This document shows positions 45,672 to 53,810 of a stretch of 64,000 nucleotides of DNA, one piece after another; position 1 is the first letter of the stretch, and the number at the start of each line of letters is the position of its first letter. A model generated the notes under the pieces. That model had not been told where the DNA came from. It ran no database searches and was given only the letters and a program-made list of their open reading frames with translations. The stretch comes from an uncultured delta proteobacterium. Its GTDB lineage: Bacteria > Desulfobacterota > Syntrophia > Syntrophales > Smithellaceae. A program made the position numbers and the translations under genes. Location: NCBI GenBank assembly GCA_963811325.1, contig CAWEQT010000001.1, positions 2,328,758 through 2,392,757 on the forward strand. Direction: 5' to 3'.

Positions 45672-47240
45672 TCAGAACGGGCTTCCTGTAACGGCGTTCA
45701 ATTTCCCTGTGGTCGAATCGATAGTAAAGGCATAGACAGCGCCGGTATTCACATCTGATGCATAGGCATAGGGCCCTTGGGGGTCAATCGTAACGGTAGT
45801 AAGACTTGCAAAACTTATCCCTGATGAAATTTGCTGAATATTAGTTAATGCTCCATTGGTTCCGATTGAATAAACCCAGATGGTTCCATCATTCCTATTT
45901 GACACATAGGCAAATGCTCCTGATGTATTAGCGTAAACCGTGACTGGGTTAGAATACATCTCTGCAGTCACCGCCGTTCCGGTGCTCAATGACCCATCGG
46001 AATTAATAGTATAGACCGAGATATTGCCGGAACCCATATTGGACACATAGGCATATGCTCCTCCTGATGGGTTAGTGTAAACTGTGACGGACATAGGATA
46101 CGTCCCTGCGGTCACCGCTGTTCCGGTGCTCAATGACCCGTCGGAATTAATCGTATAGACCGAGATATTGCCGGAACCCATGTTGGGCACATAGGCATAT
46201 GCTCCTCCTGATGGATTAGCGTAAATCGTGACGGAGGTAGGATACGCCCCCGCAGTCACTGTCGGGGTATTAAAGGAAGGGATCAATGCTCCGGGTGTGG
46301 TGGTATTATCTATGGTGTAGGCCGAAATAGTACCGTCAGTCATATTGGGCACATAGGCATATGCTCCTGATGAGTTAGCGTAAACCGTGACGGAGGTAGG
46401 ACTTGTCCCGGCAGTAAACGGGCTTCCTGTAACGGCGGTCAATGACCCGTCGGAATTGATGATATAGGCCGAAATAGTGTCGGAACCTATATTGGGCACA
46501 TAGGCATATGCTCCTCCTGATGGGTTAGCGTAAATCGTGACGGAGGTAGGACTTGTCCCGGCAGGGAACGGGTTTCCTGCTGAAACGGGGACGGAGACCA
46601 ATGCCCCTGTGGTCTGATTGATGTCATAGGCCGAAATAGTGTCGGAACCCATATTGGGCACATAGGCAAATTCTCCTGATGGGTTAGCGTAAATCGTGAC
46701 GGAGGTAGGACTTGTTCCGGCAGGGAACGGGTTTCCTGCTGAAACGGGGACGGAGACCAATGCCCCTGTGGTCTGATTGATGTCATAGGCCGAGATGTTA
46801 CCAGGACTGGAATTTGACACATAGGCAAATAGCCCTGATGGGTCAACCGTAACAGGACTGGAACTCATCACGCAGCTCACGGCCACGTCGTACACTGGCG
46901 AGCCGCTGATTGTGCCGCTGCCATTACTGACGACGCAAGTTTGGGAAGGGTTGGTCGGATGTGTTTTTATCGTGACGGAGTAGGCAGTTCCGCTTGTCAG
47001 CGCGGTGGCAAAGGCAAAAGCACCATTGACAGAGATTGTCTGGTCATCTCCTCCATTGTCCTGTAACACCAGCCCGCTGCCGATCATACCGCTGACCGTG
47101 CCGCTAATTGTGTAGTTGTATCCCGGTGAGGTGCCGCAGGACGCCAAAATGGCCACCAGACCAACAGCCCATACGGTCTTGACCAATATCCTCCAAAATA
47201 TTCTAAATTCACGTTTTTTATCTATGGACAGTGCCAGCAT
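45672..47240 (-). CDS. lipoprotein with lactonase-type (YVTN-like) beta-propeller repeats
   Basis: Start moved to ATG 47240 (GGAG 6 nt upstream; lipobox ILASCG). N-terminal Ig-like segment, then about 8 repeats of ..AYVPNMGSxxISAY.I...G.L......AGT.PTSVT.YANPSG... Confidence 0.8.
   Translation of the reverse strand: MLALSIDKKREFRIFWRILVKTVWAVGLVAILASCGTSPGYNYTISGTVSGMIGSGLVLQDNGGDDQTISVNGAFAFATALTSGTAYSVTIKTHPTNPSQTCVVSNGSGTISGSPVYDVAVSCVMSSSPVTVDPSGLFAYVSNSSPGNISAYDINQTTGALVSVPVSAGNPFPAGTSPTSVTIYANPSGEFAYVPNMGSDTISAYDINQTTGALVSVPVSAGNPFPAGTSPTSVTIYANPSGGAYAYVPNIGSDTISAYIINSDGSLTAVTGSPFTAGTSPTSVTVYANSSGAYAYVPNMTDGTISAYTIDNTTTPGALIPSFNTPTVTAGAYPTSVTIYANPSGGAYAYVPNMGSGNISVYTINSDGSLSTGTAVTAGTYPMSVTVYTNPSGGAYAYVSNMGSGNISVYTINSDGSLSTGTAVTAEMYSNPVTVYANTSGAFAYVSNRNDGTIWVYSIGTNGALTNIQQISSGISFASLTTVTIDPQGPYAYASDVNTGAVYAFTIDSTTGKLNAVTGSPF
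46467..46787 (-). repeat. near-identical tandem coding repeats (162 + 159 nt) inside the beta-propeller gene
   Basis: Units start at 46467 and 46629, with the next at 46788. They differ by one 3-nt indel and a few substitutions. A second near-identical 144-nt pair lies at about 45975-46262. Confidence 0.9.
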
Positions 47241-47526
47241 TTTTTCTCCATGTATGCGGATTATTTTTAAAATTGTTTGAGTTTTACTTTTTTGGTGTGG
47301 AAGTATATGAAGAATTATTTCATATGTCAATAAATATTGGCTGCACGAATATTGGCATGATATAATAACCATCGAATGGCCTTGAATTTTACTTAACAAA
47401 ATATTAGTTTACATTAAACGTTTGTTTTCAGATAGTTAACTTGCAATTAAATGTAATATAAAAAATTTAAGCTAACGAATATGGTGGAATATTCAGATAA
47501 GTTAAAGATTGAAAAAGATATAAGCA

Positions 47527-47706
47527 ATGGCGTTAAAAACCACCGAACAATATGACGAAAGCCGGCGCAACATGAATTTAAAAGTCTACCAGCCGGGAGA
47601 ATTGGTTAAAAATTCGGTAGATAATCCGATAATTAGACCATCCATCAAAATGCTTGAAATGATCGCTCTATCTAACGGATATTTTAGGGGCAACAGGCGG
47701 CCGTAG
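47527..47706 (+). pseudogene. N-terminal stub of a 4-hydroxybutyryl-CoA dehydratase (AbfD)-family gene
   Basis: MALKTTEQYDESRRNMNLKVYQPGELVKNSVDNPIIRPSIKMLE... follows the canonical AbfD N-terminus (..TAEQYIESLRKLN.RVY..GE.I.....HP.IRPSIN), then terminates at codon 60. Confidence 0.6.
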
Positions 47707-47739
47707 AGCTGTTAATTTGGGTATAAGGTACACGAATTA

Positions 47740-48081
47740 ATGCAAGTTGGTATAGGCATAAAATATTGCGGTGGTTGTAATCCTGTCATTGACAGAGTAA
47801 AACTTGTTCAGGAAATCAAAAAACTGCTTTCACCGGAATTCATTCTGTCAGCGAACCAAACCAAAGAGCATTGGGATATCGGTATTCTCATTTGCGGCTG
47901 CCTGACTGCCTGCGCGGATAAAACGGATTTTAAAAATTCCGCCGGTAAATGGATTAAAGTCGCCGGTAAATCAGTTAATCAAAATATTGTTTCGGAAAAA
48001 GAATTAGCCGAAGTTATCGTAGAAAAAATCAAGGGTACGAACCTCAAAGCAAGTTTAGAAAGCGATAAGCCACTCCTTTGA
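47740..48081 (+). CDS. small Cys-rich protein of unknown function
   Basis: 113 aa. CGGC near the N-terminus and CGCLTAC mid-protein. No family recognised. Confidence 0.5.
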   Translation: MQVGIGIKYCGGCNPVIDRVKLVQEIKKLLSPEFILSANQTKEHWDIGILICGCLTACADKTDFKNSAGKWIKVAGKSVNQNIVSEKELAEVIVEKIKGTNLKASLESDKPLL

Positions 48082-48203
48082 AATTACATCTCTCTTGATC
48101 TGTAGTGGATTTACTCTTGTATTTATATCATACTCCTCGGTATTTTCAGATTATCACCATTTTTTATAAACTAATTATACCTTGATGTACTTTGAAATTA
48201 ATT

Positions 48204-48245
48204 TTTATTTCATAGCCTGACTATGAAATAAAATAATACTTGACA
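48204..48245 (+). promoter_or_regulatory. 12-bp-arm palindrome TTTATTTCATAG-cctga-CTATGAAATAAA next to a TTGACA -35 (TetR operator candidate)
   Basis: Palindrome at 48204-48232 and TTGACA at 48240-48245. The half-site TGACTATGA is repeated again at 48249-48257. Lies 55-95 nt upstream of the TetR gene. Confidence 0.55.
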
Positions 48246-48297
48246 GTATGACTATGATAATATATGTTAAACAAGTAGGTGCCGACAAGACATTGAC

Positions 48298-49008
48298 ATG
48301 ATGGATAAAAGCAAACCAAAGAACAGAAAAGACCGCATTATGGACGCCGCCCTTCGTATATTTGCAGAGAAAGGTTTCCAGAACTCAACGATTACTGAAA
48401 TCAGTAAAGAGGCCAGCGTTTCAGAAGCTACAATATACGAATATTTCGGCACAAAGGAAGACCTCCTTTTCGCCATCCCCGAAAAAGTATCTAATGAAAC
48501 CTTTGAGGAATCATCAAAAGTCATACCCTATATCAAAGACGTGGAAGGAAAGATCAGAGCTATTCTGCTTTTCTATGTCCAGCTTTATCAATCCAATCCC
48601 AATTACTCCGCGCTGGTTCTTCTGCAGTTAATGTCCAACAAGAGATTTCGCCATACATCCGCGCATGCGGCTATACGCCGTTCATCTCACGGTCTTCTGG
48701 ATTGTATCAGGGAAGGAATCGCCGACGGAACTTTCAAAAAGGACTCCAATCCCTATTTGATCCGCTCCATGTTCATGGGCACTGTCGAACACTTATTCAT
48801 TCACTGGCACATGCAGGGAATGCCTAAACGAAAGCCAAGCACCGCGGATATGCTCAATCCTTTAATTGAAATTGTTTTCGACGGCATTCGCGCCAAAAAA
48901 GAAGAATCATGCCCTACGCTGTACCTGAAATTTGAAGACGCCAGCGTTTTGGGAAAAATTATAAGGGAAAAAGATGGAGGAACTTCCTCAAAAGATAAAA
49001 CCAAATAA
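48298..49008 (+). CDS. TetR/AcrR family transcriptional regulator
   Basis: 236 aa. HTH RIMDAALRIFAEKGFQNSTITEISKEASVSEATIYEYFGTKEDLL. Confidence 0.9.
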   Translation: MMDKSKPKNRKDRIMDAALRIFAEKGFQNSTITEISKEASVSEATIYEYFGTKEDLLFAIPEKVSNETFEESSKVIPYIKDVEGKIRAILLFYVQLYQSNPNYSALVLLQLMSNKRFRHTSAHAAIRRSSHGLLDCIREGIADGTFKKDSNPYLIRSMFMGTVEHLFIHWHMQGMPKRKPSTADMLNPLIEIVFDGIRAKKEESCPTLYLKFEDASVLGKIIREKDGGTSSKDKTK

Positions 49009-49036
49009 CCTAACACTTTTTAAAAGGGGTATTAAA

Positions 49037-50539
49037 ATGAGAACAAAACAAGATTTTATAAACGCCCTGTCGAAAATGAAACGCAACATTTATTATGATG
49101 GCAATCTGATCGATCGGACGGACGAGTTGCAGAGCGACTGCATCAATGTTATGGGCACAACGTATGACGAAGCAGCCAAACCAGAAAATGAACGTCTGAT
49201 GACTGCCACATCTCACCTCACGGGAGAGAAGATTAACCGTTTTACTCATATTCACCAGAGCAAGGAAGATCTGCATTGCAAGCAGGATATGACGCGTATG
49301 CTGTGCCAGAAAGTCGGTGGCTGCGTCCAGCGATGTATGGGAATAGATGGAACAAACGCTATTTACAATGTCTCGTATGAAGCGGATAAAGTGAAAAAGG
49401 GCGAGACCAATTATCACGAAAACTTCAAGAAGTGGCTGGCCCGTTTCCAGAAGGAAGACATGATCGCCGCATGCGCCCAGACGGACACCAAGGGCGACCG
49501 CATGCTACGTCCCGCAGAGCAGCCTAATCCCGGTTCTTATGTGTATATCAAGGAGAGAACCAAGGACGGCATCATTGTGGAAGGCTGCAAGGTGCACATT
49601 TCCGAAGCGTCTGTATCCGATGAAATTCTTGTTCTGCCTACCCGAGCGCTCAGGCCAGAAGACAAGGACTACGCCGTGGCTTTTGCCGTTCCCGCGGACT
49701 ATGACGGCGTGAAACAAGTTGTGACGATTCATGGCTACCGTCAACGCGATTATTACAAACGCGGTTTTACCCCAGGACTTACCGACTCATATCTGATTTT
49801 TGAAAACTGTTTCGTGCCCTGGGAGAGAGTCTTCCTGGCAGGCGAGCATCAACATGGCGGCATATTGGCCCTGCTCTTCGCCTTGTTCCATCGCCATTCT
49901 TACTCCGGCTGCAAGCCGGCGATCGGCGATATTCTGCTGGGGAAAGCCGCACTGGCTGCCGAATGCAACAACGTTCATAAAGAATCGCATGTCCGCGAAA
50001 AACTGGCTGAGATCATCATGACAACCGAGCTGGGTTATGCCGCGGGCTACACGGCATCCGATCTGGCCAAACCGGAAGTTTATATTCCGGGTATGGGTTT
50101 TGTTCCTTTCGGTCCCGGTTCCTACATTCCCCATTCGATTTACTGTAATGTCGGCCGGTGTCTCTCCGGCGAGGCAGTCTATCGCGAAGCCGAGATTCTT
50201 TGTGATATCTCCGGCGGTGTTGCGGCGACATTCCCGCATGAAAAAGATTTTGCTAATCCGGCAACAGGTGAAGCGCTTTTGAAATACACCAAACGCAATC
50301 CGAAGATATCAGCGGAGGATCAGGCACAGTTCTGGCGATTCATGGGCGACGATATGTGTTCCGCGACTGGCGGCATTTACAATATTGGCAATTACCACGG
50401 CGGCGGATCGCCCATCATGGAGCAAATCGCCATCACTACTCAATATGATATTGAATCCCGTAAAAAGGTGGTGAGATATATTGCCGGTATGAGCGGCGGT
50501 GACCGTGAGGCGCTGGCGCCCAAGGCAGTGAAAAAGTAA
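49037..50539 (+). CDS. 4-hydroxybutyryl-CoA dehydratase/vinylacetyl-CoA isomerase (AbfD)-family protein
   Basis: 500 aa from ATG 49037 (AAGGGG upstream). Fe-S ligand pattern CVQRC and HRHSYSGC as in AbfD (C..xC, H......C). HpaB-family fold overall. Confidence 0.8.
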   Translation: MRTKQDFINALSKMKRNIYYDGNLIDRTDELQSDCINVMGTTYDEAAKPENERLMTATSHLTGEKINRFTHIHQSKEDLHCKQDMTRMLCQKVGGCVQRCMGIDGTNAIYNVSYEADKVKKGETNYHENFKKWLARFQKEDMIAACAQTDTKGDRMLRPAEQPNPGSYVYIKERTKDGIIVEGCKVHISEASVSDEILVLPTRALRPEDKDYAVAFAVPADYDGVKQVVTIHGYRQRDYYKRGFTPGLTDSYLIFENCFVPWERVFLAGEHQHGGILALLFALFHRHSYSGCKPAIGDILLGKAALAAECNNVHKESHVREKLAEIIMTTELGYAAGYTASDLAKPEVYIPGMGFVPFGPGSYIPHSIYCNVGRCLSGEAVYREAEILCDISGGVAATFPHEKDFANPATGEALLKYTKRNPKISAEDQAQFWRFMGDDMCSATGGIYNIGNYHGGGSPIMEQIAITTQYDIESRKKVVRYIAGMSGGDREALAPKAVKK

Positions 50540-50662
50540 ATTTCCCGTACATAGGGTGTCAGCAGGTAAAACTGCTGACACCCTATGCCAATTTTCAAAA
50601 AAGATTGCAAATTTTTATCAAATCATTTTTTTTTAACATAGAAATTGCAAAGGAGACTTACT

Positions 50663-51463
50663 ATGTTTGATCTTTCCCAGTTTTCACTAAAAGAAAAAGT
50701 AGCAGTAATTACCGGCGGCGGCCGTGGCATCGGCCAAGCCATAGCATTTGCTTTTGCCAAGGCCGGAGCAATAGTTATCGTAACCAGCCGTAAGGCACAG
50801 GATCTGGAAGCAACGGCAAACGAAATTAAGGCCTTCGGCGGTGAAGCTTTTCCGCTTCCGGCTCATTTGGGCAAAACAGAAGAAATTAAAAAAATGATTG
50901 ATGCCGTAATGGCAAAATACGGACGAATTGATATTCTGGTCAACAACGCCGGCGCGAGTCCCGCCATGGGCTCCGTCCTTGAATGTGATGGGCGACTATG
51001 GGATAAACTAATGGATATAAATCTGAAAGCTGCTTACTTCGTCAGTCAGGCCGCAGCCAATATTATGGTAAAGCAGGGTGGGGGAAAAATAATCAATATC
51101 GCTTCCGTGGACGGTCATAATCCGGAACCCGGTTTGAGCATCTATTCTATTTCCAAAGCCGGCATCAGAATGCTGACAAAAGCCTTTGCCAGTGAACTGC
51201 TCCGTTTTAATATTCAAGTAAACACTATCGCTCCGGGGCCAATCAGCACCAAGATGATGAATTCCCACTGGGGACACCTGCCGCCCGAAGAAGCTCAAAA
51301 AGTAAAAGAAATGATAAAAAAAGCTTTGCCTTCCGGTCGAATCGGCAATCCCGATGAAATAGCAGGCGCCGCTCTATACCTGGCATCCAACGCAGCAAGC
51401 TATACCACGGGAGCGGAAATTTTGATCGACGGAGGCTTACTGCTGGGCAATCATCTTTCCTGA
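50663..51463 (+). CDS. SDR-family oxidoreductase
   Basis: TGGGRGIG cofactor motif, NNAG, catalytic YSISKAG. AAAGGAG SD before ATG 50663. Confidence 0.9.
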   Translation: MFDLSQFSLKEKVAVITGGGRGIGQAIAFAFAKAGAIVIVTSRKAQDLEATANEIKAFGGEAFPLPAHLGKTEEIKKMIDAVMAKYGRIDILVNNAGASPAMGSVLECDGRLWDKLMDINLKAAYFVSQAAANIMVKQGGGKIINIASVDGHNPEPGLSIYSISKAGIRMLTKAFASELLRFNIQVNTIAPGPISTKMMNSHWGHLPPEEAQKVKEMIKKALPSGRIGNPDEIAGAALYLASNAASYTTGAEILIDGGLLLGNHLS

Positions 51464-51465
51464 TT

Positions 51466-51590
51466 ATACCATTTCTAAATCAAAGCTCTATCTTTGTTGG
51501 CAGCGTCGTCAGCTTCCTCAACGTATTATTAATATGCCTCGTCACTTACCTCCTGCCGCCTCGATATCATCTTTGATTTAGAAATGGTAT
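51466..51590 (-). repeat. 125-bp TIR element, copy 2 (inverted relative to copies 1 and 3)
   Basis: ATACCATTTCTAAATCAAAG ... CTTTGATTTAGAAATGGTAT (perfect 20-bp TIR). Starts 2 nt after the SDR stop and ends 43 nt before the next ATG. Confidence 0.9.
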
Positions 51591-51633
51591 AATGAAAAAA
51601 GTAAAATAAACACTGACAAAAGGGAGAATTAAA

Positions 51634-52173
51634 ATGATCAATCGTGAAACCGCAGTTTTAGTTATCATTGATATTCAGGGCAACCTTGCCCAAGCCATGT
51701 TTGACAAGGAAAATCTTTTCTCCAATACTATAGAATTAATTAAAGGATTTAAAGTCTTGAACGTGCCGGTTATTGTCACCGAACAAATCCCGCAAAAGCT
51801 GGGGCCAACTATTCCGCAGATAGCCGCTGAACTTGACGGCATTAAACCTATAGCAAAGGAATCTTTCAGTTGTTGGGAAGATGTACATTTCCGCGAACAT
51901 CTGGAAGCGTTAAGTCATAGGCATATAGTCCTCCTGGGAATTGAGACCCATGTCTGCGTTTACCAAACCGCCCTTGATCTAATCTCCAATGGTTATGATG
52001 TTCATCTGGTTGCCGATGCCATTTCATCGCGCACGCCGGAAAACCGCCAGATCGGGATAGACGCGATGAAAAGCGCAGGCACGAAAATCACATCCACAGA
52101 AATGGTTTTGTTTGAACTGCTGCGCACAGCCGCAGACCCGAAAGCAAAAGAACTTTTTAAAATTGTGAAGTGA
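51634..52173 (+). CDS. isochorismatase-family cysteine hydrolase
   Basis: 179 aa. VLVIIDIQ (Asp), ..VIVTEQ.., catalytic Cys in GIETHVCVYQTALD. Confidence 0.85.
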   Translation: MINRETAVLVIIDIQGNLAQAMFDKENLFSNTIELIKGFKVLNVPVIVTEQIPQKLGPTIPQIAAELDGIKPIAKESFSCWEDVHFREHLEALSHRHIVLLGIETHVCVYQTALDLISNGYDVHLVADAISSRTPENRQIGIDAMKSAGTKITSTEMVLFELLRTAADPKAKELFKIVK

Positions 52174-52280
52174 AGAAAACGTTTGGAATTCCCCGAACAC
52201 GTTAAAAGGAAAAGTAGTCTAACTCCCGGTATTCATGGGAGTGATAGCAATCCAGTGGATGCTGTTGTTGCGCGGCGCCA

Positions 52281-52487
52281 TTATCTATTAAGTGATTGGA
52301 GTTTAAGTTTACTCATCTTTTCCGCATGACCGTTAATCCCTATCTCTTTAATCTGGCCGATGCATGCTGCTCTATCGGATTTAAATATGAAGGCAAGAAT
52401 TCTCGACATGAAGTTGTTGAATAGCTTGCAATCATTTGGATTTGAAAACTCTTTGCATTCAGCACATGAAGAATATTTGTTATTCAT
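52281..52487 (-). CDS. small Cys-rich ORF (possibly the C-terminal remnant of a DUF3795-like protein)
   Basis: 68 aa. CAECKEFSNPNDC...AAC. Lies at the edge of a decayed-looking region. Confidence 0.35.
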   Translation of the reverse strand: MNNKYSSCAECKEFSNPNDCKLFNNFMSRILAFIFKSDRAACIGQIKEIGINGHAEKMSKLKLQSLNR

Positions 52488-53203
52488 GCAAGCAGTGATC
52501 GCCTATTTAATTACTCTTTGCCATATAATATCATGTAAAGTCGCCTTAAGTTCATCTCTTGGACCATTCCGTCGGCCTGACATTGAAAGGTCCTCCGGTG
52601 CTTCTTCTAACACGCATATCAGTTAAAACATCGCCGGTTTTTTTACGGAAAGCATCCGAATGCGAAAATCAGCCTCATTTGAACCTCCCCAGAGAAAAGG
52701 CAATGAAAAGATAAAAAATATATATGGTGTCAATTCTTCAATACGTAAAATAATGATTGTATCAACGCCTCCCTTGGAAAACTGTTTCAACAATTCTGAT
52801 TCAGGTTTGCTCGACCAACTGGAAAAGTCTCTAATGTTGCCAGGTACAGAAAGACTCCCACAAGGGAAACCTTGAAATGCATTTTTGATTTCTTCTAACG
52901 CTATTGATTCCCTTTTAGCTGGTTATTTCTGGTCATTTCTCCATGCTGTTTCAGGCAAAACGGCTATAGGCTCAAGACCATTTTTTTTCCGTCACAAATC
53001 GTCGGCTGTCCAGCCGCATGGTAAATCTTCATAGATGTACTTGCGCACCCTGAAATCGCCAACGTTAAGAATTATAGAGACTACATAAATGACTTTCATA
53101 TTAAATGACCTTTTAACATTTTAGCGCATAACGAAAAAATTAGATGAAGTATAGCGGAATGCGCCAAAATGCGTAGCATTTTGGCGCCAGATTGACTTAC
53201 TTA

Positions 53204-53614
53204 TTAAATCAATCGCTCGCGCCACTGTCTGAGCTTGGAATAGTGAAAACCTCCGGCAAACAAGCATAAAAGGATTGTTTGCAGGAACCACGTTGGCAGC
53301 ATATGCCATGCTGTAATATGCCCTAAAAGAACAGCCATGACTTCGGTCAGTACAAGACCATAGATTACAAGCACAGTGAGAGCAGCTATAATTTTGCGTT
53401 TTAGAGGCTTTTGATATGCCCAAACCAACAGGGCTGTCCAGCCAAGCATGAGCGAAGCACCATAACCCATAGCAAATTGGTATGCCCCTGACACGTCATC
53501 AAAACCCCAAAGAAGATGTGCAAGAGATTGGTCAATCATGGGCAAGATAGCCAGCGCATCTGTGATGGTACCGGCCAAGAACGCTACTCGAAGGACCTTT
53601 TCTTGACTCCACAT
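53204..53614 (-). CDS. small integral membrane protein, unknown function
   Basis: 136 aa with four hydrophobic helices. Confidence 0.6.
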   Translation of the reverse strand: MWSQEKVLRVAFLAGTITDALAILPMIDQSLAHLLWGFDDVSGAYQFAMGYGASLMLGWTALLVWAYQKPLKRKIIAALTVLVIYGLVLTEVMAVLLGHITAWHMLPTWFLQTILLCLFAGGFHYSKLRQWRERLI

Positions 53615-53810
53615 ATAATCTCCTTAGTCACTTTATGGACTAACATTGTTTATATGGATCATTGCTAATATTACAAACGCCGCATTTTTTGTAAATAGAA
53701 ATGTGAATCCGAAAACTTTAAAAGAATTGAAATTATAAAAACATAATTCGTTATTGTTTGTCAATATGCGTTGTCAAACAGTTCAATTTTAGATATATAA
53801 CTACGAGTCC

